This document shows, piece after piece, positions 40,023 to 53,100 of a stretch of DNA of 64,000 nucleotides. Numbering within the stretch: the stretch's first letter is position 1; every line of letters begins with the position of its first letter. Source of the stretch: Phoronis australis (taxonomy: Eukaryota; Animalia; Phoronida). A program made the position numbers and the translations under genes. Below the pieces are notes generated by a model. It ran no database searches. It saw only the letters and a list, made by a program, of their open reading frames with translations, and was not told where the DNA came from. Location: positions 293,502 to 357,501 of the forward strand of contig NMRA01000459.1 in the NCBI GenBank assembly GCA_002633005.1, given 5' to 3'.

Positions 40023-41789
40023 GCGCCGGCACCTGATGTTGTGTCTAGCAAAGTAACCAAAATATGCAGGATCGAAATTCCTCTAGTTTACACCATTAAA
40101 CACTAATTATACATTGGTCTAGGTCTATACTTTTACTGAGTGTTTACAATGGCATCAGCTATCCATTATGATGCATTAAGTTAAATTGCCGCCTAGGGTT
40201 TCAACACTGGTGCTGCCCCCTCCTGTCAGTTAAAGCTCTAAGCAAAAATAGCATCTTACAAGTTTTACACTCTCATTGGTTGAACTCCCAAAACAGCTAC
40301 CTTTAAAGATGGAACGCGAAAACTCGTCAAACATACACGAAACAGATCGTGGCGCATCTATATGTACGGGTACTGCTAACGCGAGAGTTATTCACTTTGA
40401 GTATAGCTAGAATTTCTAGAAAAATCGTCAGATTCATTATTTTTGAAACACTGACGAAACAGAAACACTTTCATCCCTAAACAGTTATCAAATTCTTCAC
40501 CCCTAATAATATATATATATACATATGCTCACATGCGCTCAAAGGAGTAGGACTGACTGCTGCTTGAAGTGGCCACTGTTTTGCATATATTAAAAGACCG
40601 ATGTTACATTTTCCATATGCGTCTATATTGTGCCACACCAAATAAGGAGAGGTGCTTTGTCATGTGGGAGTAATGTCGACTATGTGACGAACAGTGACTG
40701 ATCAATTTTTGAAATTTGAAACCAAAGCAAATTGTTTACACATCCACAGAAATTCAACTACGCCAACAAACCGTAAAAATGCTTGGTGATCAGTTTGACT
40801 CAGTTGCACTTCAGTGCCCAGAGAACCACTCTGAATATTGCAATTTAGTCGGCTTTCGCGTTNATATGTCACTTTAAATGTCTCTTTTCCGCACCTCTTG
40901 AAAATGTTTGTCATTCTGATTTCATCTAAACAACCGAATTTCGAAGAAGTGTCTGCGAGCATAATCTCTATAATTTCCTCGCTAGCACTTCATTATTTAC
41001 CATGCAAAGACCTCATAAAGCGAAAAGCTCGTCTATTATAATACAATTACATATTATTTGTTTCAATCAGATTCAAGTGTTTATTCAACACTATATAAGG
41101 GAAGTGCAGCTCTCACTTGCATACCTACTTACAGTAATTGCAACTTTCAAAATCGATAATATTAATTATTGCCTAGCGCTGTTTCGTATTGAGACACTAT
41201 CGCTCCGACCAGCAAGTTAGTAATCTACTTCGCACGTGTTCACGAAGGAGAAAACATAACGTAGAATTGTCGTGAGGACTTGACATGTACCTCAGGGGTC
41301 TCACACTCCACTGATTTATCCACCAACGCTTTGCCCAACCACACATTGTGTGTCATAAAAGAGACAAGCATACCTGCAGCTCAGTGACGCATGCAGCAAG
41401 TAGTTCATAACTACTCTCGTTTATCACATTGGACTGTGGTTGAACTGTGGTTTTCTGTTGATCCCGAACCGTCCGGAGTTGCACCATATACCAACTCCGG
41501 ACGGTCTCTCTGCGACGTTATGGGTAAAGGCAAACGTCGATCGCTGTTTCAACGTAATAAACATTCAATATATTTTCTGAGCTCTGACTGAATAAATTGT
41601 AATGTTTCATGGTCTTTGATGGAGCTTATGTTATAAATTAAGACTCCTGATTGGTTTCAGAATTTTGATTTAAACCAACTTGAGTCTAATGCCTTGTCCG
41701 TCATCGGAGTCCATTACCGGGCGCAGAACCAGGAGCTAGCGCTCCGGGTCACACTCTCATATGTTGTTGTTTTCACTTGATGTAAGGGT

Positions 41790-42020
41790 CCTTCTTCGTC
41801 TAAGCATGCGCACTAAAGTGATTTGATGCGCAAGCTTTGGTGACCTGTCAGTAGGGAATTGGACTTTGAATAGGCAAAATCTGGAGGTATTGTTGTTTTT
41901 TTCGTGCGTGTTATCATGAAATCACTGTTCTACTTGGTGTTCACATCTCATGTAAAGGAATTAATCCAATGTTCCTCAGATTTCAGTGATTTTGAGTCAT
42001 TGACTTTGGCGGCCATTTTG
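41790..42020 (+). promoter_or_regulatory. Putative GPS2 promoter / non-coding first exon
   Basis: NRF1-like GCATGCGCA at 41804-41812, donor-like gag|gtattg at 41887, YY1 consensus GGCGGCCATTTTG at 42008-42020. The GPS2 ATG lies 1 nt after an acceptor, which implies an upstream non-coding exon. Confidence 0.45.
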
Positions 42021-42276
42021 AATTTCTCTGCCTAAGCTTGGGACTGCGACACTCATAGACACTTGACTTTGTCCGCGGAGACGTTAGGGACTTATAGGTG
42101 AATTATCTTCCACGTAATTGGAATTGGGCCGCTACATACTCATTCCAAATCTACTCCTACACAATATCTAGGAAACCGGGAAGAAGTGTAGTGCAATTGG
42201 ACCCATTTTCGACAGACGACAGGGACTCATAACGACGCATTTCATTTTTGACTTTGTCTTTGTACATCTAAAATAT

Positions 42277-42785
42277 GCTCGCTGGTTCCCTGCTTGCCGC
42301 TAGGTGGTCAGTAGCCAGCACGCTGGTATCACTTAATTTTCCTCAGGAAAGTTTTTATACCGGCGTTTCAGATTGGCTAGTCGAATTCTCAACAGGCAGT
42401 GCTTTAAGCAAACAAACTGGCATGACTGATGGACTGAAGTGTAAATGTGGTCTGTTGTACTGTACTGTAGAGACAAATCGGTGCTTAAAATTTATGTTCA
42501 GGAAATTTAATCCTACAAATTGTTGTTGTGCATTTTCGGAGTACATCTTTCTACTGTAGATGACTTTTGTTTACAATACTGGGCACCTTGTCATCATACA
42601 CTGACCAGTATGAATTACACACCGGTTAAATCGGACAGATATGTTTTTATTGTACATGTATGTGCTTCAAGCACGTGGCTATTAAACATCACTGCAGAAA
42701 CGAAATAGTTACATCAACCAATTTTAAAACGCGTGCCACTGCGTGATACCTGCTTGCTGGCTAGGCACGTAGGGAACCAGCGAGC
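42277..42785. mobile_element. MITE with perfect 15-bp TIRs in the putative GPS2 5' UTR intron
   Basis: GCTCGCTGGTTCCCT (42277-42291) / AGGGAACCAGCGAGC (42771-42785), plus a 19/21 inner inverted repeat (42312-42332 / 42743-42763). Confidence 0.75.
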
Positions 42786-44039
42786 TATAAAATGCTACGG
42801 TATCACATATATACGACGTACGTGTTTGTAATGCACCTTGTGGCCTTAGACAAAAGCCTAGAGAAATAGCTTGACTATACCACCTAACCTACAATTGTCC
42901 TATGAATTACAGAGTAATAAATAACAAACTATTCTATGTAAAATTCACCCAATATTTACATTTATGTACAAATCCTAAGGCATCTGGGCAATTCCATTTG
43001 TGACGGACGTACAATCAGAGAACATTTTGATCAGTTGTGAAAAACCTGCATCCTAGGAAAATAATTAATGCATCAATTGATAAGTCTCATTGATAGTTTT
43101 CAAAGCGTGTATCAACTTTTCTCCTATGTTTTTATCTGACTGAGAAGATTGCCTATAGCGGGGTGTGACGGACGTATGCAGAGAATTTGAAATTTTGAAA
43201 AAAAAATTAACGTTAATTTTCTGTGAGTTACATTTGGTTACAATTTTTTGTTTTAATGATGATTTCATCAATGTTTGCAACGTACAAAACACTAAATTTT
43301 TGACATCTTCTAAGAAATTTTTGTCAGACAACGCGATGTTTAAGTTGAGCGCGTGGGACGGACGTACGTGACGGACATACCCTCTGAATTTCCGGTATTA
43401 AATTGTTTGTTGTGCCTAAGATATCTATTCAGAATGATTCAAACTTTTGCAGCATTTAAGCTATATTGGCCTTTTGCTACTGATTCAATGTTTTTTAATC
43501 AAAATGTATCGATTGACCCTTTGCACGAAGTCATCACTGGTAAGCCTATGCTGGGAATATACTTTAGGATTTTAACTTTTCAATACTTTTGATTAAAGAT
43601 ATATACCACATGCTATTAAACGCTCTCAGAAACCTGAACTCAGGCACTGCAAAACCAGTGATGCACATGGCTGTCAAAGTGGGCACGAAAAAAAAGTTAA
43701 GAAAACTTATTTCTCGCAACCACCTGAAGGTCACGTATGTGGGTGAAACACTGAAAATAGGTGCCTACTCTGCCAATTGTTGTATTATTGTCTGGCCGAG
43801 ACAGGTTCGAGCTATTTCAGTGTCAGATGTCAGAATTATTCCTAGAGGTACTTGAAACATTACGTCCGTACAGGACGGCGGTAATCTCCAGAAGGCCCAG
43901 ACTAGAAGTTGCGCTTGCAGATGTTAATTATTTGAACTAACAATATGTCTTAAGAACTACTTTTAGCTGCTGAGTCATTGCACCATTTTGTTTGGCTTTT
44001 GGTTGAATAGTCATACTCGATAATTTTGTTATTCACAGA

Positions 44040-44133
44040 ATGCCTGCTTTGATTGAACGACCCAAGATGACCAGGGCGATGTATCAGGCTTTGAAGAGGC
44101 ATATTATGGCAGAAAGAGAGAGAAAAAAACAAG
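44040..44133 (+). CDS. GPS2: GPS2 coding exon 1
   Basis: Acceptor cacag at 44034-44038, ATG at 44040, MPALIERPKMTRAMYQALKRHIMAERERKKQ, phase-1 donor gtgatt at 44134. Confidence 0.95.
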
Positions 44134-47100
44134 GTGATTAGGATTGTCCTCGTCACATTCACATGAGCTTACGAACTGATTTTTTAGAATGTTAAAAAAA
44201 ATGATGAACACCCTTGTTTGGCCTACAAACACGTTGATTTTGGTCGCTGTGCTTTGAAAATAGAGACGGTGTTATGGTATATCTTTTTAGTTGCATTCAT
44301 TTTCAAAAAAGAAATTCCACCCGCAATGGGCAAAAAGGATTTTTATTTTTTCCATCTTTGGTTGTATCTCCTTTACCCTTTGCAAGACCTTTGAGAAATT
44401 TAGCAGATGTGTTCCTATGTGGGGATGGCAACAGATGACGGCGAGTGTCGGACAGATCCAATAACAGCTGTGCTCCCTAATGGCAATGTCATTTTTTACA
44501 TTTGCCTAGAAATTTTAGAGTTCCTTGATGATTTTTCATGAAGATTGGCAAGCATGTTTATATCGTGAAGGTGACAGCATCTTTCGGTTTTATGCGCTCA
44601 CGTGGACGCATTTTGCCGTCATCTCCGTCCGGCCATCTGGGCGGTGTCTGTCCGGCGTCCGCTGCTCTATCTCCAAAACCGTTTGACATACGTTCATGAA
44701 ATTCGGCACATGTGTTCCATTCATGAATGGAACGGCGTGAGGGAACTTTCGGATGGATCCGACTACCGTTGTGCTCCCTAGTGGCAATTTTAATGTTTTA
44801 TGCTTACTTCTGTATCTTCAAAAGTCCTGAACGGATTTTCATGAAATTTGGTATGTAGGCACCTACTGTATTGGTGAGATGACGTTATCCTCCCATGTTT
44901 GGATGGATTTGACGTAGTTTGCGCCACCTAGTGGCCATTTTACTGTTTTTGAGTGTTTTTTGCGTCCACTCCTCTATCAACCAAACCACTCAAAGGATGA
45001 TTGTAAAATTGGCATGTATGTGCTTACTATGAAGAGGACGGTTGACGATGATTTTCCAACGATTTCGACTACTGTGGCACCTCTTAGTGGCAGTTTTTTT
45101 GCACCTATGGCTGTATCTCCTAAACCGTCTGCAGGATCTTTACGAAATTTAATAAGTATATTTATATGACGTCAACAATAAATGACGACGACTTTTGGAT
45201 GGATCCGAATACAAGTGTGCCCCCTTGTGGCAATTTTATTTTTTTTACGTTTACCTTTGTATCTTTAAAAGTCCTTAACGGATTTTCATGAAATTTAATA
45301 TGTTGGCACCTATTAGTGAGATGACGCTATCTTCCCATTTTCGGATAGATTCGACGTAGTTTGCGCCACCTAGTGGCCATTTTTTCTGTTTTCAAGTCAG
45401 TTTTTTGCGTCCACCCTTCTATCAACCATACCGCTCAAAGGATGATTGTGAAAATTGGCATATATGTGCTTACTATAAAGAGGACGGTTGACGATAATTT
45501 TCCGATGATTTTGACTAATGTGGCGCCTCCTAGTGGCAGTTTTGTTTTGTTGCGTCTATGGCTGTGTCTCCTAAACCATTCGCAGGATCTTTACTTAATT
45601 TAAAGCAAGTGTATTTATATGATGTTGACTACAGATGACGATGACTTTCGGACAGATCTGACTACTGCTGTGCCCCCTAGTGGCAATTTTAGTTTTTTAC
45701 TTTTAACTCAATATCTTCAAAATTCCTCAACAGATTTTCATAAAATTTTAAGTATAGGCATATATTGGTGTGATGACGTTATCTTCCTGTTTTTGGATGG
45801 AATCGAGGTATTTTGCATCACCTAGTGGCCATTTTTGTTGTTTTCAAATTTTATCTTTGGCGTCCACCCTTGTATCAACCAAATCTTTTGAAAATTGACA
45901 TATATGTTCTCAGTGTGAAGATGATGTTTGATGATGGTGACTGACTACTGTGGCGCCTCCTAGTGTTAGTTTTGTTTTGCGCCCATAGTTGTATCTCCTA
46001 AACCCACTGCAGGATCTTTACTAAATTTAGTAAGTGTATTTATTTGAAGATAACAACAGACGACGACGGCTTTCAGGCAGATCCAACGGACACTGTGCCC
46101 ACTAGTGGCAATTTCATTTTATTCTGTTTTCCTTTAAAGTTTGTTTCTCTGAAGTTCTGTGAAGATTTTTATGAAATATGGCATGTTCCTGTTTTTGGAT
46201 GGATTGTATGTTTTTGCACCATCTAGTGGCCATTTTTATGATACAAGTAAATAACCCTAATAGCACACTATTTGCAACTGCATTCGTGGAGGCATTTCAA
46301 CGCTCCGGGTTGCTCTTGTTTGTTATGGATTTGTCGACTAGTGGCCATTTTAATTATATTTTAGTCTGCTACTGTATCTTTCAAACTGTGCAGAGGATCA
46401 TTATTAAAATTGGCAGATGTGTTTCTTCTGAAAAACGCCACATTGTTCCACTTGACAAATGAAAATGAGAATACCTGAGACGATATCACGTGCACTAGTT
46501 GTGCACGAGTAAACACGCGCACAGTCATTCTGCGTTGTGTGTGGGTGGGCATTATACCCATTGTCTTGCCAGTGGCCACACCCAGAAATGTATTGCTAAA
46601 TCACATGGCTGGACCAAAATACGGAAAAAGACTTTGCACCTCGAAATCTTGTGGCCGCACCAAATAGACTCTATGATCAATCCAACTAAAATTGTGATAT
46701 TTTATTTCGCTAATAATGATAACAAGGACAACCATTGTCATTTATATGTGTTTTCAATGTTATTATTTATTAAATAATCTTGGTTAAAATTACACCGTAT
46801 AATTCGAAGTCAGTTCCAAGTAATATGGTATTTTACTCGCTGTGAGCTCATGGACCTGTTTTCTGCCTTCTATCCCCTTTTTGTTCATTTCGGACTAGTC
46901 CACAAACTCTTTTGTGCAGGACCACAAAAATGTTCGGAGTGCGCTGCAGTACAGGGTTGTCATGTTGAGTGCTTGTCTGAATGCTTATGGAGTGTACTGT
47001 AGTACAGGGTTGTCATGCCGTGTGATATTATGTGAATACTATTGGTGTGCACTGTTAGTACAGGGTTGTCATGTCGACTGTTCGTTTCCGTAGCTGAAGA

Positions 47101-50100
47101 AGAAGCGGATGCAGAGTTGGAACGTCAGCGACAAGAAGAAGAAATAAAGCGTAAAAAGGAAGAAGAACACTCCTTAACCCTTGAACAGACAAAGGAGCAG
47201 GTACTTGGTCAAGCCTCATGGGGCATTCCCCATATTTGATATGATATTTTTTCCAAGCTTCAATGTCCTTGATCTCTGACCATTATCAGGTGAGCTTGAA
47301 AAGGAAATTACTCCACAATAGTTGTGAGAAACGGAAGCGTTGTCAAAGCATCTTGACTGGGTTTTCTGGACCAGTCACCTTTTTCAACGTTGAAAGATAT
47401 TTGACGTTGGTGTTGGCAAGTTTGTTCAAGGTTGGTGTGAAAAAAACTGAAAAAGTTTGGTTCAAAAAAGTTAAAAAACTTTATACAAGCTTGAATGATT
47501 TTATCCAAGCTTGAATAATATAGGTCAAGCTTGAGTAATGGAGGCCAAGTTTGAATGATATTGGCCAAACCTCAATAATATTGGGCAAGCTTAAATAATA
47601 TTGACCAAACCTGAATAATGTAGGTCAATCCTGAATAATATTCACCAAGCCTGAATAATATTGGCCAAACTTGAATAATATTGTCTAAACTTGATGACCA
47701 AGCTGGAATAATATAATTATATATTGACGAATTCAGTGTTGTGGGTTGATAGTTGGAACCTATTTAATATGCACATGTCATGAAAACATTGTTTAGTTTC
47801 CTCTGTCCATTGGCCTAACAATTAATATCATGAAATAGAATCCCCTGAATAACTACACTGTTACAAACTGGTCTCAAAATTTTCTCTGTAACAGCGAACA
47901 ATTTCTATCATCAAAAGAATTATTGAAATATCACAAATAAATAGTGTGAAGCAGCCAAATTTTGGAAGTTTTTGTTGACTTTGTGAATACTGATGATATT
48001 TTGGACACTTTTTTGTTGCCAAAGCGTGGAATGATCTATTTGTGGATGGAAGTCATGGTCTACCATGCCAAGAAATGTCTGAGAACGTCCTTTATTTTTA
48101 ATGAGTCGCTTTGTTTATGATTTGTATTTTAGCTAACAAGTTTGAAGGAAACGCCCCTTTAACATAAATGTGGTCACTTTTTGAGGCGTCAGCATGATTT
48201 CAAAATGGGCTATATGATTTCAAAAAGACTGGCATAAGTTGTGAAGTGAAAATAGAGATAATTGTGTTGGAAGTTGTTCGGCTTCGTTTCCGTTGATGAA
48301 ATACAATTAATTATGTCAACGTTCCCCATGCTGAGTATTAAATTGACATTAAACCCATGTTGTCTGTCAAAAAAGGCTAGATTTAATTTCGACCAATTCT
48401 TTATTCAGCTTAATGAAAACTTCTTTTTTGACAGAAAGCTCAGGTTCAACGTTGTTTTGAATCAAATTCTGAAATTTAAGGTATTCACATTTATTTTCAA
48501 TTGCCAGATCTCTTTGGGCAATAGTCAGTAATAGCGTCCCAGATTGTGAGAACCTGTTTGGTGCCTGTTATTTAGTGAAGAAGGCCGGTTCTCAAAATGC
48601 GGCTTCCCTGTATATTACTACTACCCCTCTCTGTGTTTGATTTTCATTGTCATACCTGGTTTCAGATAGCCGAGTTAACGTCAAAACTGGAATCTCTTAA
48701 ATCAAAAAAGCATGAGCTGTTCTCCGAGTTGAAAAAAGTTCTGCACCAAGATGAAGAAAGCAGGAAAAGGAAGGAACAACAAAAGTAGGTCAACCAGTGA
48801 ATTTGGTGATGACTCGTGTCATGTGACATGTGTTGTGTTGGTAACTAATTGATTACTGACCATGTTTAATTGCTAAGTTCAAATGTTTATTTGTGATACT
48901 TTGATGTGTAAGAATACCGATTGTTTCTACTGTGACCAGATTCTTTGATGGGCTGTTCTTGTATGGTAACGACCTGTGAAAGTTAAGACGACAGAGTGTT
49001 GCCAGCTGAGGACTTGCCAACAACTTCAATATCTCATACTTTTGTTAAAAACCTTGTGCAGCGACATCTTTGAAAGCCATTGTGTGGTTCATGTTTGGTT
49101 GGAACCCTTTTATCTTGGTGAGCTAGCTTTCCTAATTGCTAAAGACCTGGTTCTTTATCGAGTTCATGGAATCAACAGGCTGGAGTTTTCCCTGCTGAGT
49201 ACTAAATTTATTCCAGGTTATAATTTCGGCTTGATTTAATTTACCGTTGCGTGAATCTTAAAGGGACACTATTAATTTTACGTCCGAAAAAGGCATTTTT
49301 GAGCTTAATGTTTGCTTGTATGGTATAGACTTGTTGAAGTCAGCTTTGGCCAGGTAGTTATAAACACAAGAAATCTGTTGTGTTTTTGATTCATTTACAA
49401 ATCGCTAATTCTTGCCATTGTCTGCTAGACATGGTTAACTGAAATCAAGGTCGGTGACATTTTAGTGATGAACCCTCAAAATACTTAGATTTAGTTCTGT
49501 TGGGCTGGGACTGTGGTCGTTGCTGGTTTGATTTCTCACCGAGGCTTATCTTAGAAAGTCACTTTTCTCATCGAAAATTACGCTTTTGAACAATTTGTGT
49601 TTAGTCCCATATTGTGCTTGTGTGATATCAGTTTTGAATGCCTCCGTACATAATGTTAAGACATTGCAGGGATGTGTTTTTGCAAATATTGTTCAACTTT
49701 TAATTGCAGGAGTGCTTGTACTTAATGGCCAAGAACTGTGCAGGATTCTGCCCTCCTGTGAAAATGTGTATAAAACTGTAATGGGATGTTAAACAGTAAT
49801 GCAATGTTTAACTTGATGGTTGTTGTTCCAGTGAAGTGATGATTCAGCACCAGTTTGCCCAGACCTCAGGCCTGACCACATCCTCTGGTCACCCTGCTAT
49901 GTATTACCAAGGAAACCAAACACTGAGTGGACGACCAGCTATGTTTAAGCCTTCACCTCAAGTGCAAGCAAGTAATGTTATACCTGTAAGTATATGTTAT
50001 TGAAGTAACAATAGTAGTAATAATGACAACAGACATGACCCCTTACTCTTTGCTCGTGCTGGGAGCGAAGGGAATTGGTAATGAGTCAACCCCGGCCACT

Positions 50101-53100
50101 CGTCAGTTAACCATTTTCAGAACTATTGTTTCTGCTCTACCTGTCACAGTGCACTGTCAACATTATAATTTAATCATGTCAATGTAACAACTTCGAGTTT
50201 TTGAATTTGTTTGACCTGTGACTATGTAAATTGAGGGGTATTTTTTTCTCTACAAAGCATCTTATGTAAGTAAATAATTGTAAATCACTGGTGTTGCATA
50301 AAAATCTTCAAATTGCGCATTTATCAACAACCCATGGCAGGTTATTTTTCAACCTTCTGCAAGTTGACAATTTGCCAGTTCACTATGGGCAACAGAACAG
50401 CTCATTATGTAGAATTGAGTAACTCACTGTGTAGAATTGAATAACTCACTGTAGAATTGAACAGCTCATTATGGAGAATTGAGAAACTCAATGTGGAGAC
50501 TAGAACAGGTCACTGTGGTGGAGGCAGCTTACTATGGGGAACTGAGCTGCTCACTGTGTAGAACTCAGAGTTCATAACACATCGTCACATTCAACGTCGA
50601 GTAACTAAACCAAAAGAAAAGCAGGGGAAATCCTTGACTGTATAAAATCTGTTGAAAGTTCTCAAGTTTTATTTCCTGCATGGGGAGTTGTTGTAGAAGA
50701 GGCATATGTTAGCAAACTGTTCCTGAATGAATCGAACCTTTCAGTTTCCAAGATGACAAGTAACTAGACATAGTATCCTTTCCCTGTTATGAGGACTAAT
50801 TCTGGTCATTGAAAAATTCTCATTTGAGATTGGTTTAACCACTATACAACTAACCTTCTAGTTTATTCCGCTTCATTCTAAGTCATGAGAGAGGACTACT
50901 CTGATGAAGACGTTTGCTTCAGCTCAGCTGTCATGAGGGAAATCCAGGGTCATTTTGTTTGAATACTTTTGGCTTGTAGTTTAAATCATGACTGCGCATA
51001 AGGCATTGTGCGTTCTTTTCATAAAGAGTTAGCTACAGTTATGACAATTACAATTGTGTTGATATTTTAACTTTTTCAGGGCATGAAACGTCAGCGCAGT
51101 CCTTCTCCACCTCCAACATCAGTGTATTCACAGTTTGGTGCCGGGGATGCCAAATACAGTTATTCGGCCTCCAAGCCTCAGCATGGACCGTTCCACGACA
51201 GTCAAAGTAACCTTACTCTTCTTCTTGTTGAGACATACCGAATCATTTTGCTTCATGCCTCTTGCAAATAACTCTGGTTTAAGACATCTCTGTGCTGTAA
51301 TTACCAAACTGCTCACTTTTTGTACTTCATGTCTGGAGTTATCTTGTCACAGTAATCTCATACTTTCAATTGCGGTGCACTTTAATGACAAGTGTTGTCT
51401 TCTGGCATATTATTTACACGTCACCAAATTATCAGTGATGTCATTGGATGTTTACGAGTCTATTAACCATCCCACAATACATTAAAGGACGGGCATCAAG
51501 GCCTAAGATGAAGTCTCTCAAAGGTCATCTCTATATACCAGCATTATGTGGCAGATTGATTAGAAGAGCGTGAATTCGAGCAAATTGGTTTTACATTTTC
51601 CAACATGCAACGGTGTCATTGTTCCCTAAAATTTCTTTTTGCTTAGTAGTGTGTCACAGTTCTATGAAATTAAGTAGAAGCCGATTGAAATGGTCAGCAT
51701 GTGGAGTTTAGGAGTTTAGGAGTAGTGTTTGAGAGTGAAGGTGGTCTGTTGTGTGGTTCGGATTTAAAACACATCTTTTTCCAACTCTAGGGAGTTAACA
51801 CAATGTCTCAGTCCTTTGGGGGGGGGGATTGTGGGACTCTGCTCACTCACTGGTTCTTTTGAAAAAAGTTTCGTATTTTTAACATGTGAATATATTGAAA
51901 ACAAAATGTACTTAGCACAGGCTCTCGGTGCTCTTCACAATTTTTTTCAAATGTTCATGTTCATGTCCATACAGACGGGAGCTTGTATGTTAACTCATGG
52001 AATAATTGCACTGACCTAGTGCTGAAAGTCCAAAATGTCCTAATTTTTTGCTTACCAAATGACAAATCTCTCAAAACTTTGAAATTTGTTGCAAATGTTT
52101 TCGAACTCGACGGGGAAATTCAAACTCACGGCTGCGACGAGTCGAAACAGGTTGTGCAAAACACTGTGGCGTATCTGTGACAAGGTTAAACCTTTGATGC
52201 ATTAGTGACACCTAGTGAATTTCTAGTTCTCGTTATAATGTATATGCTCAGCCTATTGAGGCTGGTGCCCTGCTGTCGTTTATGAAAGTGATGACTCATT
52301 GTAACAATTGTATGTGTCGACTGCCTGTGCCGGTGCCATGTTTATTGACTAACTGGACCAATACCATGTATTTACCAGTCATTTCCGATTATTGCCGTGC
52401 AGTTTTGTGGTTACATTAGCAATTGACCTATCGCCAGGATTTGGAGTGACAACTTAACTGACCAATCAGAATGCAGCATTCTTGACACACCTTCATTTCC
52501 AAGGCACCATTTTACCCAACAAACAACACATTATCATGTAAAACTTATTGTTTGTTTGTTGACTTTAGGCAAGAGAGCAGAGCTTGCGATAGGTCAATTA
52601 TCCCTCAGAACGTTTGAGATACTTTTCAAAGGTGAATTATTTTGTGCCAAATTTGAATTATGCTGCTTCTATTTAATTCTGTGATGATAGTACTTGACTT
52701 GTTTATGTTTCATCTTCAGAGGGGTCCAGTTATGCCCAGTCAATGTCAACATACAGTAATCGGTCCAGTTACCCTTCATCTGTTGGCTTGCCAGCTGGGA
52801 AATACAACCCCCCGAATCAATCAGCATTCACCTCTTACCCGACGCATTATGCCCAACAACAGAAGCAAGTACCAGAACCGCATCAGTATCATAAACCCAC
52901 AAGCTTTCAGTTGCCAAGGCAACCGAGTGAGTAACTACTGTCATCTCAACAACTCTTGCCATACATAAAGAACCCTTGCCTTTGAAAGCTAGGCTAAAAC
53001 CACCCACCAGCATTCTTACTGCACATCACACGTTTTTTTTCTGTAAGAATTGTGTGTGGTCTGGATTCTTTATTCATGGTTAGTGTTCTTGAAGTTCTTG

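Noticed and set aside
42984-43900. Possible DNA element with CTGGGC...GCCCAG ends and repeated GACGGACGTA motifs
   Set aside because: The inverted repeats are too imperfect to define boundaries or class; likely a TE relic, but not supportable.
47486-47713. Regular short repeats as a possible CRISPR or coding repeat
   Set aside because: Head-to-tail 20-bp minisatellite without spacers, located in an intron.
50895-50945. Hammerhead ribozyme at CTGATGAAG
   Set aside because: No stem II followed by GAAA and no stem III. Other CTGATGA sites (713, 12979, 60800) also fail.
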